A DNA stretch of 40,000 nucleotides from positions 1,019 through 41,018 of the forward strand of contig NZ_JBALMO010000018.1 of the NCBI RefSeq assembly GCF_036963345.1, given 5' to 3'. The DNA is from Bacillus sp. JJ722 (GTDB lineage Bacteria; Bacillota; Bacilli; Bacillales; DSM-1321). The translations under genes were made by a program, and so were the position numbers. Below, piece after piece: positions 16,994 to 26,566 of the stretch (position 1 is the first letter of the stretch; every line of letters begins with the position of its first letter). The notes under the pieces are model-generated. The model was not told the DNA's origin and made no database searches. It saw only the letters and a list, made by a program, of their open reading frames with translations.

Positions 16994-17275
16994 TTAATTC
17001 CCCCTCACTATAAATTCGAAAGTAAATCCTAATAACTGCTCCTGAGCTGGGAGTATACTTGCTTTTCGTTGGGTTATTAGCTTCCCTTGCTCATCTAATA
17101 AAGCGATTTTCTCTATTGCTCCTATATCCCTTGTATCTCCGCAAACAACTACAACTCGGTTCTCTGTACGTAATTTTGATACTATTGGAATATTAACCGT
17201 ATCATTAAATTGGACGGTAGAAGCTCTGTTCTTTATGTCTTCTGCAGCACGGTTAAAATACACTTTTTCAATCAT
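16994..17275 (-). CDS. hypothetical tail/baseplate protein
   Basis: A 93-aa ORF translationally coupled to its neighbours within the baseplate-fibre block. Confidence 0.4.
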   Translation of the reverse strand: MIEKVYFNRAAEDIKNRASTVQFNDTVNIPIVSKLRTENRVVVVCGDTRDIGAIEKIALLDEQGKLITQRKASILPAQEQLLGFTFEFIVRGN

Positions 17276-17829
17276 GGTATGACCTCGCCTTCCATGTATT
17301 TAATAGGTGTCATACCTACTTTAAACTCATGCACTTTATGATAAGTTTTCAGCTTGTAAGATACTTTATCTTCAATGACAAGAGCATCTTCCACATCTAG
17401 AGAAATAATATGATTTAAATGTGCTGGCTTCATATCATCAATAACTTGATAGAATGTTTTAAAATTACCTAGTTGTTTATCAGGTGCAAGTTCCAATTTA
17501 AAAACAATTCTTCCATCAAACCCAACCGTTACAATTGTTTGTAAAATAGATGATGCTACTGTTTCTAATAAGATTCGATCTAATTTACTTTGCGATTGCC
17601 ATTTTGCTTTAATAACAGCTCGTCTTTCTTCTAAACTACTATTCGGTACAGGAATAATGTTTAACTCCTTCTCGTAGATCGGTAAAGCCCAGGTAGCTGT
17701 ATCAATAAGCATTTGATTTCGCAAATCATCTATATCAACATTTCCCTTTTCAAATTGCTTTTCATCACTTGCAATAATCTCTTTGAAAACACCACTTTTT
17801 CTTAAGTAAATTGGAAGATAATTAAGCAA
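17272..17829 (-). CDS. baseplate protein, XkdU/YmfQ (DUF2313) family
   Basis: 185 aa. MLNYLPIYLRKSGVFKEI...DTATWALPIYEKELNI matches the family N-terminus. It follows the baseplate J gene. Confidence 0.7.
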   Translation of the reverse strand: MLNYLPIYLRKSGVFKEIIASDEKQFEKGNVDIDDLRNQMLIDTATWALPIYEKELNIIPVPNSSLEERRAVIKAKWQSQSKLDRILLETVASSILQTIVTVGFDGRIVFKLELAPDKQLGNFKTFYQVIDDMKPAHLNHIISLDVEDALVIEDKVSYKLKTYHKVHEFKVGMTPIKYMEGEVIP

Positions 17830-18892
17830 CTAAAACACCGCCTAATACTGCTACTTCTTCCTCCGATATAGGAACATTAACCACATCATCATTCACCAGT
17901 AAGTTAGAATAGTCCGTTACTCCTTCACTTTCCAAAATAACGCTACCTATTTGAGCATAAGAAACAAAGCTCTGATTAAAAGCTATTTTCTTAAGGTATT
18001 CAATGATATTTTTTGATACATTTTGTTTAATTACATCGATGCTGTAGCCATCCTCTGCGATAACGGTAAAGGATATATTAATATTTTTTGCGATTGCACT
18101 TACTACTGTACAGAATGAACCTAAAGAAGATTTACCTTCTCCTAAACCTAAACCACCTGGGTCAATATGCTCCTGGACTGCATCGATTAATTCTTGTGAT
18201 GCTGGCAACATATTAGAGTCAATTATGACAACCTTTACTGTATTATCACCATTCCATAATGGGAAAACTCTTGCTTCACCAACGCCTGTTACTTCTCTAG
18301 CCCAATTTCTAAAATGATGCTTATTATTACTTGTTGCTGGCGTTCTAATACGGTCATAATATCTTTCTATTAAATCCTCATCTGATTCTGCTTCGTAGCC
18401 ATCTGTGAAAGGCTGGGGATTAGTAACTGAAATAATACCTGGTAACGTGACTGGCAATAATGTAATTGCATTAGCAGGTACATTGCCTATCGTTCCAAAT
18501 TGATCGCATTCAACTAGTACCAGTACTTTACCCGTTGAATCGATTACTTTCTCTTCTAAAGATGAATAGAAAACATTATCGGCTGCCACTTTATCACCTA
18601 CATAAATAACAGAGCTAGGACGACCAGTAATTTCTACATAATCACTTGATTTCGTAGACTTCTTTTTTTCCTGCCCAGTTAGTTCATAGATACGCTTTTC
18701 TAATTCTTCACCTTTTAGGTTTTCAATACTTAATTTAGAAGCTACTTCATCAATGCGTTTATTTGTATTTTCATGCTCTTTTGCTGACGCTTTGGTTGAA
18801 TCCCATATAAATGATCCTTCAGCTTTCTCATAATCATTGGATATGCCTTCAATCATTTCAGCATGGATAATCTCTTTTGTTCTATTGCTCAC
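17822..18892 (-). CDS. baseplate J-like protein (XkdT-like)
   Basis: 356 aa. Its size, position and motifs (GTPATSNNKHHFRNWAREVTGVGEARV) are typical of the Baseplate_J family. Confidence 0.8.
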   Translation of the reverse strand: MSNRTKEIIHAEMIEGISNDYEKAEGSFIWDSTKASAKEHENTNKRIDEVASKLSIENLKGEELEKRIYELTGQEKKKSTKSSDYVEITGRPSSVIYVGDKVAADNVFYSSLEEKVIDSTGKVLVLVECDQFGTIGNVPANAITLLPVTLPGIISVTNPQPFTDGYEAESDEDLIERYYDRIRTPATSNNKHHFRNWAREVTGVGEARVFPLWNGDNTVKVVIIDSNMLPASQELIDAVQEHIDPGGLGLGEGKSSLGSFCTVVSAIAKNINISFTVIAEDGYSIDVIKQNVSKNIIEYLKKIAFNQSFVSYAQIGSVILESEGVTDYSNLLVNDDVVNVPISEEEVAVLGGVLVA

Positions 18893-19355
18893 GGTTAAAA
18901 CTCACCTCCTGGTTAAATGATTCATCGTCCACAATGTTTACTGTGAAGTAAATAATAAGTAATGACTTTTCTCTCTCAAAGCGAAAATCTGAAAGAAAAT
19001 CAATAAGAGGATGCCTTAACAGTGCAACTTCTATTTCTCTTTTCAATTCAGACTCGATAAAAGCCTGTGAAAAGTTATGGCCAATGACAAGGTCTTCAAT
19101 AGTTACACCATATTCTGTGTCTTTCTCTTCTTCTTTCTCATAAATCTTAAATCTGAACTTCTCTGTTTTTAATACCTTTGTGATCCAAACTTTCAAGGCT
19201 TCTTTTCCAGTAACGACAACCATCTTACCGTTCTCAAAAACAAACTCACCTTTATCAAAATCAAATAAAAAAGACTTACCATAATAGGCAGCCTTTGAAG
19301 TTTCTTCGGTATTTTCTTCTGGAATCATGCTTTCATCAATCTCCGGAAACATCAA
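18882..19355 (-). CDS. baseplate wedge protein, XkdS (DUF2634) family
   Basis: 157 aa. YGKSFLFDFDKGEFV...GKEALKVWITKVLKTEKFRFKIY is typical of DUF2634. Confidence 0.65.
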   Translation of the reverse strand: MMFPEIDESMIPEENTEETSKAAYYGKSFLFDFDKGEFVFENGKMVVVTGKEALKVWITKVLKTEKFRFKIYEKEEEKDTEYGVTIEDLVIGHNFSQAFIESELKREIEVALLRHPLIDFLSDFRFEREKSLLIIYFTVNIVDDESFNQEVSFNREQ

Positions 19356-19767
19356 ATGTCACCGCCTCATCTATAACAATAAAAGATTGACTGTTTTGTG
19401 ATGGAACTAATATAACCTCATCATCTTTTTTAATCGTATCTGTCCACTTTATTTTGCCTTTTGACTTTAATGTAGTTGTATCTACATTCAGTGATTCAAT
19501 ACCATGTGAATGTAGGCTCTCAACAGTGGTACTTCCACATTGTGAGTCTGTAAATTGAACATCAGCTTCAAATATTTCATATTCTCGTGTGTAACCTTTT
19601 AAGAGACTTGCAGCAAACACTAAATGTGATTTATCAAGAATAATATTTTTATCAATTTCTATTTTAATATCAGGGAAATCAGCTATTACCCTACCAACAA
19701 AATAACCATCATACGGTTGATTTTCATTTTTTTTAAACATCTTTGCTAACTCAATTATTCCATCCAT
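19336..19767 (-). CDS. baseplate spike/hub-associated protein, XkdR (DUF2577) family
   Basis: 143 aa. Its position and N-terminal pattern (YFVGRVIADFPDIKIEID) are consistent with DUF2577. Confidence 0.6.
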   Translation of the reverse strand: MDGIIELAKMFKKNENQPYDGYFVGRVIADFPDIKIEIDKNIILDKSHLVFAASLLKGYTREYEIFEADVQFTDSQCGSTTVESLHSHGIESLNVDTTTLKSKGKIKWTDTIKKDDEVILVPSQNSQSFIVIDEAVTFDVSGD

Positions 19768-20702
19768 TATGTCACCCCTAACGTCAATGACATCTTGCGT
19801 ATTCCGTTGTTTAAAGACTGTTTACAATCAGTAATTAAATAGGTCCCTACAATACCAGTGATAGGTTCATTTACCTTCAATAATCGTCCAGCTCTTACAT
19901 TATCGTCACCTAACAATTCAATGCTGTTATCTTCTTTAATGACATTTAATTCTTTAAGTGTCTGATTAGCAATATTTTGAGCTTTGGCAATATCCTTTTG
20001 ATCCACCGATTGAACATCTTGGAGTAAACCATATTTCTTAATATTTTTGTTGTCTTTGGCTTTCGCAACAACTTTTGTAACTTTTTCATCTCCAGAGACA
20101 ATTACAATACTATTTTTCATTTCTTCTATCGATTGTGATCGCGATGGGTTACCTATTAAATCCACCCTCGCTTTAACATATAGGTCCTTTTGCTTTTCAA
20201 TGACTAAAGTTCCGCCACGCATTTCCATTCTGTATTTGATGCCTAATTCCTTAGTTGCTTGACTTAAAATGTCTTTAATAATATCACTAACTACCTTGTC
20301 TTTATAGATAGTGCTTATTTTAGTAGGTATAGATACAACTTTATTTGGTATATTGAATTCCCTTAATACCTCTTGTATAGCGTTACTCGCTGTATGTTTA
20401 TTGAATTGCTTTATGATCTTACTCTTGTTCAAATAAAAAGCAAAATCAAAGCAAACATAACTTCTAGGCGATCTACCAGCTGACTTTTCAGAAACGACAA
20501 TACCTCTAAATAATTCTGTATTATTGTTTTTCAAAATAATCAAATCCCCAATAGATACGACATTCTTAGGGATCTCTTTCATATCAGAATACGCAAGATT
20601 AAAATCCAATTGCATACCTAACGTATCAACATTGCTATGCCAAGAAACATTCCCAACCAATCCTGATATATCCTTTTTGTTTGTAAATAAATGATATGCC
20701 AT
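19767..20702 (-). CDS. XkdQ/YqbQ-family tail (baseplate hub) protein
   Basis: 311 aa. NVSWHSNVDTLGMQLDFNL...ELFRGIVV is a pattern typical of XkdQ/YqbQ. Confidence 0.7.
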   Translation of the reverse strand: MAYHLFTNKKDISGLVGNVSWHSNVDTLGMQLDFNLAYSDMKEIPKNVVSIGDLIILKNNNTELFRGIVVSEKSAGRSPRSYVCFDFAFYLNKSKIIKQFNKHTASNAIQEVLREFNIPNKVVSIPTKISTIYKDKVVSDIIKDILSQATKELGIKYRMEMRGGTLVIEKQKDLYVKARVDLIGNPSRSQSIEEMKNSIVIVSGDEKVTKVVAKAKDNKNIKKYGLLQDVQSVDQKDIAKAQNIANQTLKELNVIKEDNSIELLGDDNVRAGRLLKVNEPITGIVGTYLITDCKQSLNNGIRKMSLTLGVT

Positions 20703-20711
20703 TTAAATCAC

Positions 20712-21116
20712 CTAAAATGGTACAAATTCTTCAATGTCTAATTTATAGGGAATGTCTCCAGCTCTATCTATTCCATGAGTAAAGTTTTCAATAGTAACAG
20801 GGATATTAAGAAGTTCTAAGCCGGATTTGTTTGTAATAACAACCCTTATCGATTGCCTTTTATCTTGCCATTTCGTAAAGAAAGCAATTGCTTCTTTCCC
20901 CATTACCTTACTCTTAGCGAATGGATAAGGCTTCATAGGAAAAAAAGAAGAAATACTAAATCTAATCAGTCCTTTTAAACCGATTAATTTGATTTCTCCT
21001 TTTTGGATCGTATCGAATGTTTCATTTTTTTGTGGTCGTGGCCATTCAAGACCTTCAGGAACAATGGGTAATTTTAATGTTTCTTTTCGGTTATTTGCAG
21101 AAAAAACAACGTCCAT
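20712..21116 (-). CDS. hypothetical tail protein (XkdP position, no LysM motif seen)
   Basis: A 134-aa ORF immediately after the tape measure. Confidence 0.4.
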   Translation of the reverse strand: MDVVFSANNRKETLKLPIVPEGLEWPRPQKNETFDTIQKGEIKLIGLKGLIRFSISSFFPMKPYPFAKSKVMGKEAIAFFTKWQDKRQSIRVVITNKSGLELLNIPVTIENFTHGIDRAGDIPYKLDIEEFVPF

Positions 21117-21126
21117 TATATCCCCC

Positions 21127-23007
21127 CTACATATTAGCTAATGTTAATTTAAGCATTGGTACAAATTCATTTAAAACTTCACTAGCTGTAACACCCTTCG
21201 CATTAAAGTTTTCAATTATAACAGTTGGACCATCGTTATTGTTGCTTGTTGTTGTCGTTGTACTCACAACAGGATTTGTTGTTGATTGATTGCTACCTTG
21301 TGATTGTGCCATAGTGTCAATGTTATCGATGTTAACACCTTGTTGACGTAATTTTTCTGATTGTCGTGCTGGAATGATCATTTCATCCTTATGGATTTGC
21401 GCAACCATATCATGTGGAACACGATTGGTCCCTACTGCAAAGCCAGGTAAAAAACTAGCAGCCTTACTAGCAGCACTCGATATTGTGCTTCCTATCGATG
21501 AAACCCAATCTGGCATCTTAAAACTAGTTATCTTGCTTATAAATGAACTAACTGTTGATGTAAGATCACTGAAGAAGTCCGTAACGCCCTTTATCTTACT
21601 GGCAGCCCAATCATATATACTGCCGAACACTTCTTTTGTTTTAGCCCACAATTCTTCAGCTTTTGCTTTTACAGTATCCCAGTTTTGATATAAGGCAACA
21701 CCTGCGCCAACTAGTAAAGTGATAAGCGTAATTACCAACCCGATAGGATTTGCTCGTAACGCTGCGTTGAAGCCTTGTGTAGCAAATGTAGTAGCGATAG
21801 TTGAAGCCTTAAACGTGTCCATAAGGCCTTTAATTGTACTAATGTAAGATAACAGTTGTAATTGAATAAACAATGCTCCAATGGCTGCACCAATTGGCAA
21901 AATAATTGAAGTTATAGTCCCCCAGTTGTTTATAATAACATTAGCGAAATCAGTTACTTTACCCACAATTGAATCTAACCCTGGTGTCATTTCAGCTAAC
22001 TTAGCAGTAAGTTGATTAAATACATCAAGTATCACCGCACCAAATGGAGCTAATGCTGTGACAACATCACCTATAATAGATCCGATGTTACTGAGTGTAT
22101 CCATCAATACTGGTCCATTTGTTTTCGCATATTCAATGAAACTTTGGAATCCATTCGATTCACTTAACCCATCTGACCATTGTTGAAACTTTTCAGTCAT
22201 GCTTACCAAGCCTTCTTCAACACTAGCTCCTAACGGTGAAAATGCTTGAAATATATTAAAAATACCAGCAAAAACGTTACCTGTTATAGTTGCAAAGTTG
22301 GACAAACTTTCAGCAGCATTTATTTCTAACCAAGTAAAAAACTCCTTCGCACCAGAACTATCCAATGCACTGCTCATATCTCGTATAATCGAAACCATCA
22401 TGTCAGATACTCTAGTGATAGTTGGCGCTAAATTTGTTAATAATTTTTGAGTGAAGTTTAACCCTTCACTAAAGGATTTAAAAACAGGCTGTTCAAACTG
22501 TTTAACAAAGTCACCCCAAAAACCTTTAAAGTTTTGTAAGTCTTTTAATGCACCTTTTTGCGCGTTACTCATATCAGCATATACTGCAGCTAACTCCTTT
22601 TGTGCTGCAGCTCTCTCTTTGGCACTGTCTGCATTTGCAATCTGTTCCTCTATCTTCTCTACTTCTTTTGATGCTTCAAATACATTACCAAGTGCAGATA
22701 CCGCAACAGCTCCAAATGCTGCCGCACCGATACCAGCTGCAGCAAATGATGCGCCCACAGCACCAACTCCGGCAATAGCAGGTCCAGTAGCAGCGCCTAA
22801 ACCAGCAATACCTGTCGTTATTAATCCGGTTTTCTTTGCAACATTAGAAAATGTTTGAGTTGCATTTTCTGAAAAGGTTGTCATTCTAGTATCTACAAAT
22901 TTCAATCCACGTTCGAAATCGCTCATTCCGGATGCTGCTTTTTTCATATTTGTAGAAAAGTTTTTATCCTTTAAAGTTAAAATCGCTGATATTACTCTTG
23001 TACCCAT
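21127..23007 (-). CDS. tail tape measure protein
   Basis: 626 aa, Ala/Gly-rich with hydrophobic and helical repeats. It lies after the tail chaperone pair. Confidence 0.85.
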   Translation of the reverse strand: MGTRVISAILTLKDKNFSTNMKKAASGMSDFERGLKFVDTRMTTFSENATQTFSNVAKKTGLITTGIAGLGAATGPAIAGVGAVGASFAAAGIGAAAFGAVAVSALGNVFEASKEVEKIEEQIANADSAKERAAAQKELAAVYADMSNAQKGALKDLQNFKGFWGDFVKQFEQPVFKSFSEGLNFTQKLLTNLAPTITRVSDMMVSIIRDMSSALDSSGAKEFFTWLEINAAESLSNFATITGNVFAGIFNIFQAFSPLGASVEEGLVSMTEKFQQWSDGLSESNGFQSFIEYAKTNGPVLMDTLSNIGSIIGDVVTALAPFGAVILDVFNQLTAKLAEMTPGLDSIVGKVTDFANVIINNWGTITSIILPIGAAIGALFIQLQLLSYISTIKGLMDTFKASTIATTFATQGFNAALRANPIGLVITLITLLVGAGVALYQNWDTVKAKAEELWAKTKEVFGSIYDWAASKIKGVTDFFSDLTSTVSSFISKITSFKMPDWVSSIGSTISSAASKAASFLPGFAVGTNRVPHDMVAQIHKDEMIIPARQSEKLRQQGVNIDNIDTMAQSQGSNQSTTNPVVSTTTTTSNNNDGPTVIIENFNAKGVTASEVLNEFVPMLKLTLANM

Positions 23008-23047
23008 TTGTCTCTCACCGCCTTTTACAAAAAAAAAAAAGAAAAGG

Positions 23048-23215
23048 CTATTTCATTTTGAATTTAGCCTTCTCTTCTTCAACATATCGATCTAAACTTG
23101 CTAACATAAAGAGCTTTTCATCTTCCCTTAAATTCAACAAGTATTCTAGTGTAAATCCTTTTTGCAAGTAGTGATGATAAAAATAGAATTTATCATCACT
23201 TTCAATTAGTTTTTT
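23048..23215 (-). CDS. -1 frameshift extension of the tail assembly chaperone (GT-like product)
   Basis: There is a 52-codon open frame with no start codon (IESDDKFYFYHHYLQKGFTLEYLLNLREDEKLFMLASLDRYVEEEKAKFKMK*). It lies in the -1 frame relative to the chaperone and is entered at the slippery heptamer A_AAA_AAC (23215..23209), which overlaps the chaperone's last codons. Confidence 0.6.
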   Translation of the reverse strand, partial: KKLIESDDKFYFYHHYLQKGFTLEYLLNLREDEKLFMLASLDRYVEEEKAKFKMK

Positions 23216-23610
23216 AAATCTTTAACCTTGCTAATTGAATTCCCATATCCAGCTAGTGCAAAACAAGCCTTAGCAATCTCATCAACTTCTCCTGGTTCAA
23301 ATATTTTTTCAACAATATCTTGTGGTTCAACACAACCAAATTCTTTTTGTAGATCTTTGTCTTTTAAATTCGGTTCAACAATCGAATTATAAACTACGAA
23401 AACATTAGATTTATCTGCTTGATTTGGATCATGTGCCATTTGAATTGTTTCAAGACACAAAGAACGTTCAGGTTTTTGAATAGTTATAATTCCATCTAAA
23501 CGATCGATGATTAAATCTTGAGTCACATCATCTCTAACCTGGTACTTTTCTTTATTTTTGATAACATCCGTCAAAGTTATTTTTTTAATTTCTTTTTTAG
23601 TTTCTCCCAT
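23206..23610 (-). CDS. tail assembly chaperone (XkdN-like), 0-frame product
   Basis: The start is set at ATG 23610 (AAGGAGAGG RBS). It lies between the tube and the tape measure. Confidence 0.7.
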   Translation of the reverse strand: MGETKKEIKKITLTDVIKNKEKYQVRDDVTQDLIIDRLDGIITIQKPERSLCLETIQMAHDPNQADKSNVFVVYNSIVEPNLKDKDLQKEFGCVEPQDIVEKIFEPGEVDEIAKACFALAGYGNSISKVKDLKN

Positions 23611-23623
23611 TCTAATCCTCTCC

Positions 23624-24058
23624 TTAAGCAGCAATTTTGTCTATCAAGTCAAAGTCAGCATAATTAAATGGTAATTCCTCTGTACCAAGAGTTTTTTGTT
23701 CAAATGCTAGTAAAGTAAATTCATTTAAAGTTATATCCTTAATAGCGATTCGTTCATGCCCAAACGCATCTGGATCAGCAAGCTTACCAACAATTTCAAT
23801 ATCGGGCATAATGCCTGTTTTAACGGCATCAGCCATTAATACAGCACCACGGCTATACACTTTTTTAGTAGTCATTGAACCTTCACCAGTCCAACCTAAC
23901 ATCTTTTTCATAGTTGCTAATACTTCGGCCATATTTACATCTTCATAATCAATAGCGATTTTAGCTTCGAATGCTTCTATATCAAGCCATTTTTCACCAT
24001 TAACCCAAACGGCACCGAATGTACCGTTAATAACTCTTTTAGGCGGTATCTTATTCAA
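23624..24058 (-). CDS. tail tube protein (XkdM-like)
   Basis: 144 aa, directly after the sheath. The N-terminus INGTFGAVWVNGEKW is XkdM-like. Confidence 0.75.
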   Translation of the reverse strand: MNKIPPKRVINGTFGAVWVNGEKWLDIEAFEAKIAIDYEDVNMAEVLATMKKMLGWTGEGSMTTKKVYSRGAVLMADAVKTGIMPDIEIVGKLADPDAFGHERIAIKDITLNEFTLLAFEQKTLGTEELPFNYADFDLIDKIAA

Positions 24059-24072
24059 TTGCTATTCCTCCC

Positions 24073-25131
24073 TTAAATTGTAATCTTGAAATCTAAATCC
24101 TCCATTGCATCAACAATTTTGATATTTCCACCTGCAAATACATTGCTTTTGAAGGACATTAATTTTACTTTTAAGTCATCCCATGTTTCAGTATTTGTGC
24201 CAATACCTTCCCATGCTAGACGTTGCGCTTCAACGTTCACAGTTGCAAAATTATTATAGCTAGGGTCTAATATATCCTCTGCTGCTAAACCTTTAAGATA
24301 GGCATTAACGGACGTAAAAAATAAAACCTGATTATCGTAAGTATTTGGTACCTTACCGACATATTCCTTATTAAAAGTATCCCGAATATCATCCATAATC
24401 ATGTCCATTACTTCCACAACTTTTATCTTCTTGAAATCTTCTGTTTTGACTAAAGTTGTCGTTACCAAACTATTAACACCTCTAGCAATTTTGATATTTT
24501 CACCATCATTTATGAGGATTAATTGACCTGCGTCAATATCTTCATTTGGTGTATCTGATTCGGTAATACTATCCACTTCATCCAATACAAAATAAGTCAA
24601 AGATCGTGTGAACGGTAAACCAGCTGCAGCACCAGCTAATCGCGCGCAATATTCGGCAGTTGTGTAGACTTTTTCTCCGACTTTAATATCTTTAGTAGTA
24701 AAGTTAAGAATACCTTCATCATCACTTTCCATATACGGAAGTACTACTTTACCTGTTTTCTTGTCGTTTTTACGCTTTGTCTTAATCCAAGTTGCAACTG
24801 CTTCCTTTTCAGTATCTGTTATTTCAGGAATAGCTAGGTAATTCCATTTCTTACTCCCAACACGTTTTAAAACTGCATTCAAATCAGTTGCTGTTGTGTC
24901 TTGCCTTTCACAGATTACTTTCTTTGGTGTACCCAGGAATGCTTTATTGATATAGTCTAGGTTTTCAGCTTTCCAATCAGCTGATTCAATTTCTTCAATA
25001 CTCTTATATTCTTTAGTAAAAAAGTCTCCGGTATCATCCTTCAGTACCAAAGCGACTATACCCATAGCACTTCGCTTAATCGCGCTAACAGCTTTACCTT
25101 TAAACTCTATATTAATCTCCGGTAATCCCAC
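24073..25131 (-). CDS. contractile tail sheath protein (XkdK-like)
   Basis: 352 aa. Its size and position fit, as does the N-terminus MGLPEINIEFKGKAVSAIKRSAMGIVALVLKDD, typical of small Firmicute sheath proteins. Confidence 0.85.
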   Translation of the reverse strand: MGLPEINIEFKGKAVSAIKRSAMGIVALVLKDDTGDFFTKEYKSIEEIESADWKAENLDYINKAFLGTPKKVICERQDTTATDLNAVLKRVGSKKWNYLAIPEITDTEKEAVATWIKTKRKNDKKTGKVVLPYMESDDEGILNFTTKDIKVGEKVYTTAEYCARLAGAAAGLPFTRSLTYFVLDEVDSITESDTPNEDIDAGQLILINDGENIKIARGVNSLVTTTLVKTEDFKKIKVVEVMDMIMDDIRDTFNKEYVGKVPNTYDNQVLFFTSVNAYLKGLAAEDILDPSYNNFATVNVEAQRLAWEGIGTNTETWDDLKVKLMSFKSNVFAGGNIKIVDAMEDLDFKITI

Positions 25132-25576
25132 TCAAATCACCCTTTCTAAATTCTAGATTTTGCATTAACTCTGGCTTGTGGTTTGGATCAGTACCATATT
25201 CATTTTCCCTAGCATCAAAAAATTCAATATCAAAGGAAAACTCAAGTACGCCATCTATTACATCTGCTTTAGGTTCATCGATGTTAAAAAATCTATCTAA
25301 CACAGGTAGTTTTAAATCAAATAGATTTCCAAGTTGTTCATTTACGTCCATTAGTTCAATTGAATTTTCATCACGATCACTAGGAAAATAGTTAATCCGT
25401 ATAGTCAAAGACTTATGAACCTGACTTGTATCGCCATCACGTCCCATGTTGTCAAAAGACACAAAAAAAGAAGGTCTAGCAAAACCCTTCTTCACATCGT
25501 TGCTATTAATTTTAATTTTAAATTCTTTGATTAATAACGTATTTATTGCGTTTTTTATATCCTTATACGTAATCAT
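25112..25576 (-). CDS. tail completion / terminator-like protein
   Basis: 154 aa, between the gp10-like protein and the sheath. The call rests on position only. Confidence 0.45.
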   Translation of the reverse strand: MITYKDIKNAINTLLIKEFKIKINSNDVKKGFARPSFFVSFDNMGRDGDTSQVHKSLTIRINYFPSDRDENSIELMDVNEQLGNLFDLKLPVLDRFFNIDEPKADVIDGVLEFSFDIEFFDARENEYGTDPNHKPELMQNLEFRKGDLSGITGD

Positions 25577-25992
25577 AGTTTCCCCTTATCTAATAGATCG
25601 TCTAACCAATCAGATATAATGGCATCAGCTTGACCACTGTTTTCAAATTCTTTTATACCATTGTCCAATACCTTCTTACCTTGAACAAAGCCAACTTCTG
25701 TACCATCGTGTAAAACAAGTCTATGACCATCTTCAATTAAGTGCGCATGTGGACTGGAGTTGATAACACGAACAACGGTTTCACCATCTTTCCCTTTAAA
25801 AACCTTTCCACGCTTCCATTTCTTATGATAGTTACCAGTTACTTTTTTGACATCTCTACGGGCTTTTCTAGCAACATGGGTCCGCGCTTTACTGCCGACC
25901 TTTCTCATAACTTTATTCATTTCTCTTGGTAATTTATTTTCAGCTACACCAAGTAAATCTTTTTGAAATTCAGTTAATCCACTAACCTTCAT
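25573..25992 (-). CDS. HK97 gp10-family head-tail joining protein
   Basis: 139 aa. LPREMNKVMRKVGSKARTHVARKA...SPHAHLIEDGHR fits the gp10 family pattern. Confidence 0.75.
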   Translation of the reverse strand: MKVSGLTEFQKDLLGVAENKLPREMNKVMRKVGSKARTHVARKARRDVKKVTGNYHKKWKRGKVFKGKDGETVVRVINSSPHAHLIEDGHRLVLHDGTEVGFVQGKKVLDNGIKEFENSGQADAIISDWLDDLLDKGKL

Positions 25993-26333
25993 TATTTAAT
26001 CACTTCCATACAAAAGATTTCTAATGTCTCATTTGCAAAGTAAGGGTTAAGGATATATTTAATCTCAAATTTATGATTTTTATAATGAATTTCCATTTCC
26101 TTTGTGATTTCTTTACCAGCCGTATAACGCACAATGATTTTATGCGTAACATTAGTCAGTATCGTATCAGCTACTTGTTTTTGTAGGCTCCCTGTTTGTG
26201 GGACTATCGATGCCCAAATTGTTTTAATTTTACCGAACTTAAATGAACTTTCGTTTAGTTCATTAATAAATTCTTTGTTTCCATAGACATCAATTCTTTT
26301 ATTTAACTTATTGGTTTGTCTCTTCGGCATCAT
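25992..26333 (-). CDS. head closure / head-tail adaptor protein (SPP1 gp16-like)
   Basis: The track ORF is over-extended. The ATG at 26333 has an AGGAGG RBS, giving MMPKRQTNKLNKRIDVY...IWASIVPQTGSLQ...HKIIVRY, which is typical of head closure proteins. Confidence 0.7.
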   Translation of the reverse strand: MMPKRQTNKLNKRIDVYGNKEFINELNESSFKFGKIKTIWASIVPQTGSLQKQVADTILTNVTHKIIVRYTAGKEITKEMEIHYKNHKFEIKYILNPYFANETLEIFCMEVIK

Positions 26334-26565
26334 AGACCTCCTGGACAATGAAAGGAGTAATTGCATCAAGAGCCTGCTCCAATTCTTTTTCGGCCACACG
26401 ATATTCATAAAAAATACCTGCAGCAAGAATCACCAAATACTCTGGTTGTGCCCCTGTTGCCTTTTGAATATATCGTTGACCTTGTTGTAAATAAAAAGAG
26501 AGCATGGAATCCTCCATGTCCTCTTCTCGAATATGTTCTTTAAATTTCTTTAGTAGCTCATCCAT
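26308..26565 (-). CDS. gp6-like head-tail connector protein
   Basis: The start is set at ATG 26565, one nt after the capsid stop. MDELLKKFKEHIREEDMEDSMLSFYLQQGQRYIQKATG matches the gp6-like connector pattern. Confidence 0.7.
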   Translation of the reverse strand: MDELLKKFKEHIREEDMEDSMLSFYLQQGQRYIQKATGAQPEYLVILAAGIFYEYRVAEKELEQALDAITPFIVQEVYDAEETNQ

Positions 26566-26566
26566 A

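Noticed and set aside
23029-23040. An A12 homopolymer (T12 on the coding strand) just upstream of the tape-measure RBS
   Set aside because: It is intergenic, lying between the frameshift-extension stop and the tape-measure RBS, so length changes would not alter any reading frame. I note it only as a possible sequencing-error-prone or slippage-prone tract.
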